A stretch of 64,000 nucleotides of DNA from an uncultured Clostridia bacterium (GCA_934793215.1 CAKVOP010000003.1:3455-67454), one strand, 5' to 3'; positions 29,152 to 38,941 are shown, numbered from the stretch's first letter. Notes: generated from the letters alone by a model not told the origin. Program-made: numbers and translations.

Positions 29152-30575
29152 GCAACTTACTCTCTGTTAGTCAGCCAAAGGGAATGTGGATTTCTATTAT
29201 TCAGGCGTTCGAGGGAGCAACCAAGAATTATGTGCTTGCAATCATTCTTCTCACTGTTGTAATTAGAGTTGTATGGGCGATTGTTGAAACTTTCAGTAAG
29301 TATTCTCAACAGAAAATGGCAGCATCACAAGCAGAAATGCAACCTGAAATTGAAAAATTGAAGGCAAAATATGCGAGCCAACCACAGGTTTTACAGCAGA
29401 AACAAAACGAACTTTACAGAAAGCATATGGGGAAAGGATACTACGGCGGTTGTATCATGACATTAGTGGTTTTAGTGCTTAACCTTGTGATATTCTTTAC
29501 ATTATTTTCTGGACTTAATGCCATGGCTGGATACAAGATGGCATCAGGCTACGACAAACTCAAATACGACTACATAAACACGATTAGTGTTACAAATGAG
29601 TATCTCGGCGTAGATGACTCATCTACATCTGAAAACGAACGCGAAATAAGAGCGGAAATTTTTAAAGATAACAGTAGTCTAGAATACAGAATTGTTGAAA
29701 AAGAAGAAACAGATGGCACAACAAAAAAATATATTCAACTTGTAAAGAGAGGTGGAACAGACACCATTTTAGAAGAGATTGAATATAAAACTGATTTCAC
29801 AGTTACAACTCCACCCGCAACAGCAGGAGAAAACGAAGTAGTAACACCTTCAAACACTGTTGCACTTGAAATTATTCACAAAATTTTCCCAGTTGACGAA
29901 GACGGAAATTATGACAAAACGAAAGATATTCTTTTAAGCCACACTTTAAGAGTTGACAGCGAAGGAAATCCAGTGCTTGACAAAGATGGAAATCAAATTT
30001 ATGACGATGTATATCTTTCTAGTGCCGTTCAAAGCGTTGCTATGAACCTTATATCAAGCACATATGAAAGCACAAAGGATTCATTCCTTTGGATTCAAAA
30101 CATTTGGCAACCAGATTCTCCAACAAGCAAACAAATTGTTTCTTACGGCCAAATAAAAAATGCTATTGGAAAGAAGAACATTCAAGATGGAGAAGAGGCA
30201 ATTTATAATGCCTTTATGCCAAGCCTTAAAGAGATTAAAGATAAAGGCAATGGACTATTTTTAATCCCAGTTCTTTGCGTATTATTCTCGATGCTTTCAA
30301 TCTATATTAATTCTCTTTACAATAAAATTAAATACAAAAAGAAGGGCTTACCTGCTCCAAAAACAAGTAAGGCAATGCTTATCATTATGCCAGTTATCCT
30401 TGGACTTTTTGCACTTCTTTACAACAGCGTATTCGCAATTTACATGCTTACAGGACAGATTGTATCGACAATCTTATCTCCTCTTCAACTTATGATTATT
30501 GATAAAATTCTTGATAAGAAAGAGAATAAGAAAAAAGAAGAAATTGTAACAGTTGATTACGCAAGAAAATTTTAA
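29139..30575 (+). CDS. yidC: YidC/Oxa1-family membrane insertase with a large extracytoplasmic insertion
   Basis: TM1 carries the conserved Arg (ILLTVVIRVVW). It has a coiled C1 region (MQPEIEKLKAKY), FLWIQNIWQPD and C-terminal TMs. At 478 aa it compares with the roughly 260-aa length usual in Bacillota. Confidence 0.85.
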   Translation: MANLSNLLSVSQPKGMWISIIQAFEGATKNYVLAIILLTVVIRVVWAIVETFSKYSQQKMAASQAEMQPEIEKLKAKYASQPQVLQQKQNELYRKHMGKGYYGGCIMTLVVLVLNLVIFFTLFSGLNAMAGYKMASGYDKLKYDYINTISVTNEYLGVDDSSTSENEREIRAEIFKDNSSLEYRIVEKEETDGTTKKYIQLVKRGGTDTILEEIEYKTDFTVTTPPATAGENEVVTPSNTVALEIIHKIFPVDEDGNYDKTKDILLSHTLRVDSEGNPVLDKDGNQIYDDVYLSSAVQSVAMNLISSTYESTKDSFLWIQNIWQPDSPTSKQIVSYGQIKNAIGKKNIQDGEEAIYNAFMPSLKEIKDKGNGLFLIPVLCVLFSMLSIYINSLYNKIKYKKKGLPAPKTSKAMLIIMPVILGLFALLYNSVFAIYMLTGQIVSTILSPLQLMIIDKILDKKENKKKEEIVTVDYARKF

Positions 30576-30590
30576 TTTAGGGAGGAAAAT

Positions 30591-31409
30591 ATGTTAACAG
30601 CAGAGGGAACAGGAAAAAACATTGAAAAGGCAATAGAAAATGCCCTTTTGGAACTTAAAGCCCCAAGAGAAGATGTTGATATCAAAATTATAAGTGAAGG
30701 CGGACTTTTTAAAAAGGCAAAAGTTGTTGTTTCAATTTCGCCTGACGTGATTGAAAAATACGAAAAGAAAGCAGAGCGAAGAAAGGCTATTGAAGAAGTT
30801 GAAGAGAGGGTCGAAGAAATAGAAGAGACTTCTGTTGAAACTTCAAAAGAAGAGAAGAAGGCCGAAAAAGCTCTCGAGAAAACCGAGAAAAAGGTAGAAA
30901 AAGAATTGGCTAAAGCAGAAAAAGAAGAAGCCAAAATTGAGAAGAAAGAACGAAAGGCAAGGGAAGAGAAGATTCTTGACCCGGTTGCATTCTTAAAAGG
31001 CTTTTTTGAAACTGCTGGTAAGACTGTGGAAATCAGCACAGAGGAAGACGGAGATTATATCACTTATGTGGTTGACGGCGAAGACCTTGGAGATATGATT
31101 GGTCACCGCGGAGAGACCTTTTATGCAATAAGCAGACTTCTTCAAACTGTTGCTGGAAAGACAGAGAAGAAAATTCTTTTAGATATTGGCGGATATAGAG
31201 AAAAAAGAAAGGAAAGCCTGACAGCACTTGCTTACCGCATGGCAAACAAGGTTGCCTCTACTGGCAGATATGCTAGACTTGATCCAATGAACCCAGCAGA
31301 TAGAAGAATTATTCACACTGCCCTTCAAAACGATAGCAGAGTATCAACACATAGTAAGGGAACAGAACCTCATAGATATGTTATAATATTCCCACAGGGC
31401 GAAGAATAA
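30591..31409 (+). CDS. jag: Jag/KhpB (EloR) RNA-binding protein (Jag-N, KH, R3H)
   Basis: N-terminal GKNIEKAIENALLEL, a Glu/Lys-rich linker, and a C-terminal R3H region (MNPADRRIIHTAL). It sits directly after yidC. Confidence 0.85.
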   Translation: MLTAEGTGKNIEKAIENALLELKAPREDVDIKIISEGGLFKKAKVVVSISPDVIEKYEKKAERRKAIEEVEERVEEIEETSVETSKEEKKAEKALEKTEKKVEKELAKAEKEEAKIEKKERKAREEKILDPVAFLKGFFETAGKTVEISTEEDGDYITYVVDGEDLGDMIGHRGETFYAISRLLQTVAGKTEKKILLDIGGYREKRKESLTALAYRMANKVASTGRYARLDPMNPADRRIIHTALQNDSRVSTHSKGTEPHRYVIIFPQGEE

Positions 31410-31414
31410 AATTA

Positions 31415-31447
31415 AAAAAGATGGTTACATAAAGCCATCTTTTTTTA
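31415..31447 (+). terminator. terminator after jag
   Basis: AAGATGG-loop-CCATCTT followed by a T-run. Confidence 0.7.
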
Positions 31448-31597
31448 AGTTATTAAGGATAACTAAAATAACGTAAAAAGAACTTTGTTTTTGAAAAAAA
31501 TAAAAACTTGTCGAGACTAAACTTGCAAGTTCTTGTTTTAAAATATTGACAAGTTGTGAAAGTGCGTGTTAATCTAAAATGAGGTAGGAGGTGAAAT

Positions 31598-32077
31598 ATG
31601 GATATTAAAATCAATAACGAAGAAGGAAATTTTAAATTTAGGGTTTGCGGGATTTTGGAGCATGACGGCAAATACTTGGTTGTAAAAATCAATGGAAACC
31701 GCTTTTATTGCTTGCCGGGCGGACACGTTGAACTTGATGAAGACACAGATCACGCCGTTTTGAGAGAGATGAGAGAAGAACTCGACTACGAAATAAAAAT
31801 CAAAAAATTAATTGCGGTAAATCAAAACTTTTTCAAAAGGGAAGATGGAAAGCCATTCCATGAACTTGGTTTCTATTATTTAGTAGAGGCTAAAAATGCA
31901 GCTGACGTTATAACTCATGACTATGAAAGAGAAGAACTAGATAAAGGCAAAATTCAACATTTAGAGTTTAAATGGGTTACAAAAGAAGAGCTAAAAAACA
32001 ACATTGAATTTAGACCAGAATTTATTGAAGACAATCTTGATAACGATTTCACTTTAATTAATATTACAAGAGATTAA
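31598..32077 (+). CDS. NUDIX hydrolase
   Basis: Nudix box GGHVELDEDTDHAVLREMREELD. Confidence 0.85.
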   Translation: MDIKINNEEGNFKFRVCGILEHDGKYLVVKINGNRFYCLPGGHVELDEDTDHAVLREMREELDYEIKIKKLIAVNQNFFKREDGKPFHELGFYYLVEAKNAADVITHDYEREELDKGKIQHLEFKWVTKEELKNNIEFRPEFIEDNLDNDFTLINITRD

Positions 32078-32121
32078 ACAAATAGTTGTTGTAAAAAAAA
32101 GACAAATGAACAACAAAATTT

Positions 32122-32148
32122 AAAATCAGCATGATTGCTGATTTTTTT
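32122..32148 (+). terminator. terminator after the NUDIX gene
   Basis: AAATCAGCA-TGAT-TGCTGATTT followed by a T-run. Confidence 0.8.
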
Positions 32149-32278
32149 ATGCCAACTAATTTTTATCTTTACTTAAAATATTTATTGAAATATTGGCGAC
32201 ATGGAATTTACATATCGTCAGTTTCAAACAATTCATTCGACGAAAACAAACAAACCACTTTTAATTTCAGCGTGCGTG

Positions 32279-32287
32279 TGTTATAAT
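32279..32287 (+). promoter_or_regulatory. extended -10 element (TGTTATAAT) 6 nt upstream of the mnmE ATG
   Basis: TGnTATAAT ends at 32287 and the ATG is at 32294. There is no SD at a functional distance. Confidence 0.4.
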
Positions 32288-32293
32288 AAGGTC

Positions 32294-33631
32294 ATGAATG
32301 ATATTATATGTGCTATTTCGACCCCTCTTGGCAAAGGGGCAATATCAATAGTTAGAATGAGTGGCAAAGGCTGTAAAGAAGTTGCTTCAAAAGTCTTTTC
32401 ATGCAAAGCGGACTTTGCAATTTTAGAACCACGCCACTTGTATCTAGGATCGTTTGATTTAGGTGACGAGACGAAAGAAAGGTGTCTTATGGTGTTTTTT
32501 GCGGGACCTTTTTCTTACACTGGCGAAGATATGATTGAGTTTCAGTTACATGGTGGCTCTCTTTTAACTCAAAAGGCACTTTCAAGACTTATAAATTGTG
32601 GAGCGAGACTCGCCGAAGCAGGAGAATTTACCAAGCGTGCTTTTGAAAATGGAAAGGTGAGTTTGGACGAAGCGGAAAGTATTATAGGAGAGATCAACGC
32701 CGAAAGCGAAGGAGAACTTAAAGCCACTCTTGGACAGGCGGAAGGCAGATTAAAGAAAAAAATACGTGCTTTGCAAGAGTCGCTTACTGAAAGCATCGCT
32801 GAAATTGAAGCAACACTTGACTATCCAGAAGAAGATTTTGAAAAGTCTGCAAAAGAAAAAATATTTAGAAATTTAGAGAGTGTAAAGATTAGTATAGACG
32901 AATTCTTGGAGGACTCAAAGAATGCACGTTACATTTCAAGTGGTATTTCAGTTGCCATCGTTGGGAGCCCAAATGTGGGCAAATCTAGCCTTTTAAACGC
33001 TCTTCTAGGTCAAGATCGTGCCATCGTGACAGATGTTGCAGGAACAACCAGAGATGTGCTTAATGAAAGTATAAACTACCGAGGAATAAAGATAAATTTC
33101 ATTGATACTGCGGGTATTAGAAATAGCGAAGACAAGGTCGAAAAAATCGGCATAGAAAGGTCCAAAAAGGCACTTGATGAAGCAGATGAAATTTTGTTTG
33201 TGCTTGATGGTTCTCGCGAAGAAAGTGAGCAAGATAGAGAGATAAGGGCTCTTCTTAACGAAAAACAGAATGTTATTATAGTTGTCAACAAGGCAGATAA
33301 AAAGAGGGTTTTACCGCATTATGAATGCGAAATTGAAATATCTGCACTAAAAGAAGAAAATATAAATTCTTTAAAAGATAAAATATACAACCAAGTAATC
33401 AATGAAGAGATTGATTATAGCAAATTGGTAGTCATTAACGAAAGACAAATATCTGCACTTCAAGAATGCAAAAATGCACTTAAAGAAATAGATTCGTCTC
33501 ATAATGAAAGTATGGATATAATCGCAATGCTTATAAAAAAACTTTGGAATAACCTAGGAAAGATAACCGGCGAAAGCGAAAATGAGCAAATAATTGACCT
33601 TATTTTTTCTAAATTTTGTCTTGGAAAATAA
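32294..33631 (+). CDS. mnmE: tRNA modification GTPase MnmE
   Basis: Start taken at MNDIICAISTP.GKGAISIVRMSG, the conserved family N-terminus. It has G-domain motifs GSPNVGKSSLLNAL and DTAGIR, and ends with the C-terminal FCLGK. Confidence 0.93.
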   Translation: MNDIICAISTPLGKGAISIVRMSGKGCKEVASKVFSCKADFAILEPRHLYLGSFDLGDETKERCLMVFFAGPFSYTGEDMIEFQLHGGSLLTQKALSRLINCGARLAEAGEFTKRAFENGKVSLDEAESIIGEINAESEGELKATLGQAEGRLKKKIRALQESLTESIAEIEATLDYPEEDFEKSAKEKIFRNLESVKISIDEFLEDSKNARYISSGISVAIVGSPNVGKSSLLNALLGQDRAIVTDVAGTTRDVLNESINYRGIKINFIDTAGIRNSEDKVEKIGIERSKKALDEADEILFVLDGSREESEQDREIRALLNEKQNVIIVVNKADKKRVLPHYECEIEISALKEENINSLKDKIYNQVINEEIDYSKLVVINERQISALQECKNALKEIDSSHNESMDIIAMLIKKLWNNLGKITGESENEQIIDLIFSKFCLGK

Positions 33632-33890
33632 GTGTGAACAAATTAAGGCTTATATGATTTTTTGTATTATAGGTTTAAAAAAATATCTTTTCTGCATACA
33701 AATTATAAATATTCTAATTGACTATTTCTGTTGTTTGAGCGTAATGGGACTCACTAAAATTACTGATTATTTTATGAATAGCACTATTAAGTGTTTATTA
33801 ATGTGATGACGCAGTCTTACAAACATATTTATGTAAAGGTTGTTTTGTGAAAAAACGATGTCTTTTGGGCTGTAAGAAATTGGTACATTA

Positions 33891-33923
33891 AAAAAATATC
33901 TAACATTTAGTTAGATATTTTTC
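33891..33923. terminator. bidirectional terminator between mnmE and rsmG
   Basis: ATATCTAAC-ATTTA-GTTAGATAT is flanked by an A-run and a T-run. Confidence 0.7.
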
Positions 33924-33968
33924 GTTTTGTTAAATAATAAATTGGACAATGAAATATGTCTGTTGCAG

Positions 33969-34673
33969 TCAAGTAAGTGGCTTGGTTTTAGGCAGATTTT
34001 TACCTCTTGGATAAATCTTGTTGGTTGGCTTTACCTTGCAAATCTCAAGTACAAATCGTTGTGCGTTTTCTGCTTCTTCAAGTGTATAATTATAAGTTTC
34101 CCCCTCTTTTCCGCCAAGCAAAATAATTGCTTTTTTTCCTAGAGAAAGTTCCTCTGCCAAGCGTTCACCTTTATACATGAGAGCTTTACCTCCGACTTTA
34201 ACAAGTGGCAAAAGATACTCGCAAAGAGTTGGCAAAGATGCGACGGCACGAGACAGTGCAACATCGTATTTTTCGCGATGTGTTTGTGCAAAATCTTCAC
34301 TTCGTGAATGAAAAGTCTCCACATTTTGAAGCCCAAGTTTTGTAGCAAGAGCATTTAGAAAATTGATTCTCTTTTGTAAACTATCTACAAGCGTAAGTTT
34401 GATGTCTGGTCTTATTATTTTAAGCGGAACACCAGGAAAACCTGCTCCTGTGCCCACATCAATAACGCTTGCATTCTTTGGAATATGCTTTTCGGGCAAA
34501 ACGCTATCTATAAAGTGCTTGATCACAACATCTTCCTTTTCTGTTATGGCAGTAAGGTTGTATTTTTCGTTTTCTTGCACTAAAAATGCGTAATAGGCTG
34601 AAAATGCGTCTATCTGTTTTTCATTTAAATTGAAACCATATTTTTTAAATTTTTCTTGAATAAGGTCGTGCAT
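33969..34673 (-). CDS. rsmG: 16S rRNA (guanine527-N7)-methyltransferase RsmG
   Basis: Start taken at MHDLIQEKF, which avoids overlap with mnmG. It has the SAM motif DVGTGAGFPG and a basic C-terminal tail. Confidence 0.9.
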   Translation of the reverse strand: MHDLIQEKFKKYGFNLNEKQIDAFSAYYAFLVQENEKYNLTAITEKEDVVIKHFIDSVLPEKHIPKNASVIDVGTGAGFPGVPLKIIRPDIKLTLVDSLQKRINFLNALATKLGLQNVETFHSRSEDFAQTHREKYDVALSRAVASLPTLCEYLLPLVKVGGKALMYKGERLAEELSLGKKAIILLGGKEGETYNYTLEEAENAQRFVLEICKVKPTNKIYPRGKNLPKTKPLT

Positions 34674-34698
34674 AATTCCCCTTTTTTCTAGTGTTGAT

Positions 34699-36558
34699 TT
34701 ATTTATTATTTGCATTTTCTTTATGAACCAGAACGCTTAACACTGCAATATCGGCTGGCGAAACTCCTGAAATTCTAGATGCTTGACCTATATTAAGAGG
34801 TCTTATTTGAGACAACTTTTCAATCGCTTCAAGTCTTAATCCGTGATATTTTTTGTAATCGAAATCTGCCGGAATAAGTGTTTCTTCGTTCTTTTTAAAT
34901 TTTTCGATTTCTTCTTCTTGTTGTTTTAAATAGCCCTCATACTTCGTTGTAATGTTGAGTTCGTTTATAACTTCAAAACTAAATTCATCGAAAATATGCA
35001 GTTTTTGATTTATTTTAAATGCGTCAATATTGCTTCTTTTTAGCATGTCTTTGACTGTAACGCTTTCTTTTGGCAAAGTCTCGCCATTTTCTAGATATAA
35101 ATCTTTAATTTCTTCAATTTTAAACTTATGGGTTAAAAGTTCGCCAATTTTTATTAAATTTTCCTTCTTTTTCAAGAAAATTTTCCAACGTTTGTTATCG
35201 ACAAGTCCTATCTTACGGCCTATCTCGGTCAATCTTAAATCGGCGTTATCGCTTCTCAAAAACAGTCTATATTCAGCACGGCTTGTCATCATTCTGTAAG
35301 GTTCGCTAGTCCCTTTTGTTACTATGTCGTCTATTAAAACCCCTATATATCCGTCACTTCTTTTGAGAACAAGTTGCTCTTTGCCTTTAAGATATAAGTT
35401 TGCATTGATTCCTGCAATAATGCCTTGTGCTGCAGCCTCCTCGTAACCAGAAGTGCCATTTATTTGTCCGGCAAAGAATAACCCTTTATGAGTCTTTAAT
35501 TCTAGCGTTGGAAGTAGTTGTGTTGGCTCGATGCAATCATATTCAATGGCATAGGAATCGCGCATGATTTCAGCGTTTTCAAGTCCTGCGACAGAGTGAA
35601 TCATTTGTTCTTGAATGTCTGCGGGCATAGAGGTTGAAAATCCTTGAATGTAAACTTCTTTGGTTTGTAAAGATTCTGGTTCCAAGAAAAGTTGATGCCT
35701 TTCTTTGTCGGCGAATCGAACAATTTTTGTTTCGATTGAAGGACAATATCTTGGGCCTATTCCTTTAATCAATCCCGAAAAGACGGGTGCTTTATCTAGA
35801 TTTTCTCGAATTATTTGGTGTGTTTTTTCGTTTGTGTATGTTAAATAGCAAACGGCACGATTTTTACGCTTTTTCTTTGTTATAAAAGAAAAGTTTTGAA
35901 TATTTTCTTCACCCTCTTGCATTTCTAGGTTGGAATAATCAATGCTTCTGCCATTTATTCTGGCTGGGGTTCCAGTTTTAAATCGAAGGAGTTTTATGCC
36001 AAGGTTGGATAAACTGGCGGATAGTTTTTCTGCATTTGAAAATCCATTTGGTCCACAATTCTTTGTCCAGTTTCCTACAATAATTCTGCTTTTAAGATAC
36101 ACTCCAGTAGCAAAAACTACAGTCTTCGCACAGTAAACTTGGCCTACTGCAGTTTCTACTGATTTGAACTCACCTTCATCTTTGATTTCAACCACTTCTC
36201 CCTGTCTTAAGAATAGATTTGGAGTTTCTTCAATAGTCTTTTTCATTTCATTATGGTATTCGATCTTGTCGGCTTGTGCTCTTAAACTTTGTACTGCAGG
36301 CCCTTTACCCTGATTAAGCATTCTTAATTGTAAAAGTGTCTTGTCTGCATTAACACCCATTTCTCCGCCCAGCGCGTCAATTTCACAAACAAGTTGCCCT
36401 TTTGCCGTTCCGCCTATTGATGGATTGCACGCCAAAAAAGCCACGGCATCAAGTGAAAGAGTCAAAAGCAGTGTTTTGTTTCCTGTTCTAGCAAGTGCAA
36501 GTGCGGCTTCACAGCCTGCATGTCCCGCACCAATTACAATCGCATCATAATTTTCCAT
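34699..36558 (-). CDS. mnmG: tRNA uridine 5-carboxymethylaminomethyl modification enzyme MnmG
   Basis: YDAIVIGAGHAGCEAA FAD motif and GQINGTSGYEEAAAQG. The start is at the second ATG (MENYD), which has a GGAG RBS 6 nt upstream. Confidence 0.95.
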   Translation of the reverse strand: MENYDAIVIGAGHAGCEAALALARTGNKTLLLTLSLDAVAFLACNPSIGGTAKGQLVCEIDALGGEMGVNADKTLLQLRMLNQGKGPAVQSLRAQADKIEYHNEMKKTIEETPNLFLRQGEVVEIKDEGEFKSVETAVGQVYCAKTVVFATGVYLKSRIIVGNWTKNCGPNGFSNAEKLSASLSNLGIKLLRFKTGTPARINGRSIDYSNLEMQEGEENIQNFSFITKKKRKNRAVCYLTYTNEKTHQIIRENLDKAPVFSGLIKGIGPRYCPSIETKIVRFADKERHQLFLEPESLQTKEVYIQGFSTSMPADIQEQMIHSVAGLENAEIMRDSYAIEYDCIEPTQLLPTLELKTHKGLFFAGQINGTSGYEEAAAQGIIAGINANLYLKGKEQLVLKRSDGYIGVLIDDIVTKGTSEPYRMMTSRAEYRLFLRSDNADLRLTEIGRKIGLVDNKRWKIFLKKKENLIKIGELLTHKFKIEEIKDLYLENGETLPKESVTVKDMLKRSNIDAFKINQKLHIFDEFSFEVINELNITTKYEGYLKQQEEEIEKFKKNEETLIPADFDYKKYHGLRLEAIEKLSQIRPLNIGQASRISGVSPADIAVLSVLVHKENANNK

Positions 36559-36856
36559 AAGTTTCTCCGTATTTAACATTTCGATAATCTCAGTATTGCT
36601 GATTAAATATGTGTTTAATTTTATAATCAGTTTTTTGTGAAAATTTAGTTAAACTTGCTTGTTGAATAGTCTAACATATCACAAAGAGTATACTCTTTTT
36701 TGCCCATAATTTCAAATAAAATATTTTATTTCTCTGCAATAATTTCAAATAAAGAAGAAAAACATTAAAAATGTTAAAAATTTAGCAAAAAATGCTTAAA
36801 AAAGTCTTTGTTTTATGTTATTATATAAATAGACAAATATTTTTACGAGGTTATGT

Positions 36857-37681
36857 ATGGGTAAAATTATAGCATTTGCAAATCAAAAGGGTGGCGTTGG
36901 AAAAACAACCACTTGCATCAATCTGGCTTCTTATGTTGCAGCGATGGGGAAACGCGTTCTAGTTCTCGATCTTGACCCTCAAGGGAATGCGACAAGCGGG
37001 CTTGGAATAGATAAAGAAAATACTATGAAAACAATCTATGATTTGATTTCCGGTGACACACAGGTTGAAGAGGTGATATTGCCAACTTTGCTTGAAGGTC
37101 TTGATATAATTCCTTCTACTGTGGATCTCGCGGGAGCTGAAATTGAAATGGTTCAAATGCCGCAGAGGGAAAAGATTATAAAAGGGATATTAGATCAAAT
37201 AAAAGATAGTTATGATTTTATAATGATTGACTGTCCACCATCTTTGGGATTAATTACGGTCAATGCATTAACAGCTTGCGACAGCGTGATTATTCCAATG
37301 CAGTGTGAATATTATCCACTTATGGGAATAACTCAATTAATGAACACTATACGACTTATCAAATTTCACCTTAATCCTAGTATAGATGTTGAAGGTGTGG
37401 TTATGACAATGAAAGACAAACGTTCAAACTTAACTTCGCAAGTAAGCGATGAAATTCTCAAATTCTTTGGGAAAAAAGTTTTCTTTACATATATCCCTAG
37501 AAATATAAGGCTTGCAGAAGCTCCAAGTCATGGAGAACCAATACTTCTTTATGAACCATCTTCAAAAGGGGCGGAAGCATATTTGTCTCTTGCAGAAGAA
37601 TTTCTTGATAGAAACAAGGTAAAATATACACCGCTTACAAAAGATACAAAGATAAAATTGAGGGAGGTAAAAAATGGATAA
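36857..37681 (+). CDS. soj: ParA/Soj chromosome partitioning ATPase
   Basis: Deviant Walker A NQKGGVGKTTT plus DCPPSLG. Confidence 0.93.
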   Translation: MGKIIAFANQKGGVGKTTTCINLASYVAAMGKRVLVLDLDPQGNATSGLGIDKENTMKTIYDLISGDTQVEEVILPTLLEGLDIIPSTVDLAGAEIEMVQMPQREKIIKGILDQIKDSYDFIMIDCPPSLGLITVNALTACDSVIIPMQCEYYPLMGITQLMNTIRLIKFHLNPSIDVEGVVMTMKDKRSNLTSQVSDEILKFFGKKVFFTYIPRNIRLAEAPSHGEPILLYEPSSKGAEAYLSLAEEFLDRNKVKYTPLTKDTKIKLREVKNG

Positions 37682-38618
37682 AAAGAAAGGACTTGGAAGA
37701 GGGCTTGAGTCGCTTTTCGGCTTTTACGAAGACGAAAGTAATAATATTATAACTAATCAAACCGAAAGAAAAACCACTGCTGATGGTGTTACAGAACTTG
37801 AAATTAATAAAATTTATCCTAACCCAAATCAGCCTAGAAAACATTTCGATGAGGAAGCATTAAGAGAACTTGCAAGTTCAATTAAAACTCATGGAGTGAT
37901 TCAACCACTTGTTGTTAATAAAGAGAACGATGGGTATATGATTATTGCAGGCGAAAGAAGATGGCGAGCATCAAAGCAAGCTGGTCTTGAAAAAGTTCCT
38001 GTTGTCATTAAAAACTATACAGAAAAACAGGTCAAAGAAATATCAATTATTGAAAACTTGCAACGCGAAGATTTAAATCCTATTGAAGCGGCAAGAGCTA
38101 TCAAGCAACTTATGGACGAATATAACCTTACTCAAGAAGTGGTTTCTGACCGAATTGGGAAAAGTCGCTCAAATGTTGCAAATACTTTAAGATTGCTGTC
38201 TCTCTATCCTGATGTAATAAAAATGGTAGAAGACGGCAAACTTTCAAGCGGGCATGCTAGAAGTTTGGTTGTAATTGATGATGTTAATGAGCAACTTCGA
38301 CTTGCTAAAAAGGCTGTTGATGGGAAGTTGTCGGTAAGAGACTTAGAAAAAGCGGTAAAGGCTTACCTTAACCCTGATAGAGAAAAGAAAGTTAAGGTGA
38401 ACGAGCAATCACTTGAGCTTAAAGAGCTTATCAATGACATGCAACGAGTTTTTGCTACAAAAGTCTCTGCTATTGGAAACGATAACAAAGGTCGAATCTA
38501 TATTGACTATTATACAAGAGATGATTTAGATAGGCTTGCGGAGATGATTGAGCTTTTGAAAAAGAAAGAAATAACCCTTGAAGATTTGAGGAATTACAAT
38601 AAAAGACATGCAAAATGA
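37674..38618 (+). CDS. spo0J: ParB/Spo0J chromosome partitioning protein
   Basis: Contains GLGRGLESLF, NPNQPRK.F, IIAGERRWRA and an HTH region. It overlaps parA by 8 nt. Confidence 0.93.
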   Translation: MDKKKGLGRGLESLFGFYEDESNNIITNQTERKTTADGVTELEINKIYPNPNQPRKHFDEEALRELASSIKTHGVIQPLVVNKENDGYMIIAGERRWRASKQAGLEKVPVVIKNYTEKQVKEISIIENLQREDLNPIEAARAIKQLMDEYNLTQEVVSDRIGKSRSNVANTLRLLSLYPDVIKMVEDGKLSSGHARSLVVIDDVNEQLRLAKKAVDGKLSVRDLEKAVKAYLNPDREKKVKVNEQSLELKELINDMQRVFATKVSAIGNDNKGRIYIDYYTRDDLDRLAEMIELLKKKEITLEDLRNYNKRHAK

Positions 38619-38630
38619 TAGGTGCAAACA

Positions 38631-38660
38631 AAAAATCACGATTTTCTCGTGATTTTTTTT
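38631..38660 (+). terminator. terminator after parB
   Basis: AAATCACGA-TTTTC-TCGTGATTT followed by a T-run. Confidence 0.8.
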
Positions 38661-38819
38661 GTCAATATTATGCTTGCCATTAATAATTTCATTAGTTTAA
38701 AAAGTATTTTAGAGTTATAAACTAAATATTCTTTTTATGAAAGGGAATTAAGGGGTTTGCTTTTGATGTAACAAGACTTTATTGCGTAGAAATCGTCATC
38801 GGGATATACGAAGATAAAA

Positions 38820-38835
38820 AGTTTCACGTGAAACA
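38820..38835. other. parS site 1 (AGTTTCACGTGAAACA)
   Basis: 15/16 match to TGTTNCACGTGAAACA. The inner 14 bp are a perfect palindrome. Confidence 0.8.
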
Positions 38836-38925
38836 ATATTTGTTTTAAGAAGGAATCTTCAACTTGCTTTTAGCGAGAGAAAATACTTTTGTCTAAATAA
38901 ATCAAGCAGTTATAATGCGATAAAA

Positions 38926-38941
38926 TGTTTCATGTGAAACA
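38926..38941. other. parS site 2 (TGTTTCATGTGAAACA)
   Basis: 15/16 match to the parS consensus, with the central CG changed to TG. It is embedded in a 34-bp near-perfect palindrome at 38917-38950. Confidence 0.8.

Noticed and set aside
30572-31039. 155-aa minus-strand Ser/Phe-rich ORF
   Set aside because: It is the antisense shadow of the Glu/Lys-rich linker of jag.
32201-32293. N-terminal 31-aa extension of mnmE in the ORF track
   Set aside because: The extension is not conserved-looking and has no RBS. The family N-terminus starts at 32294.
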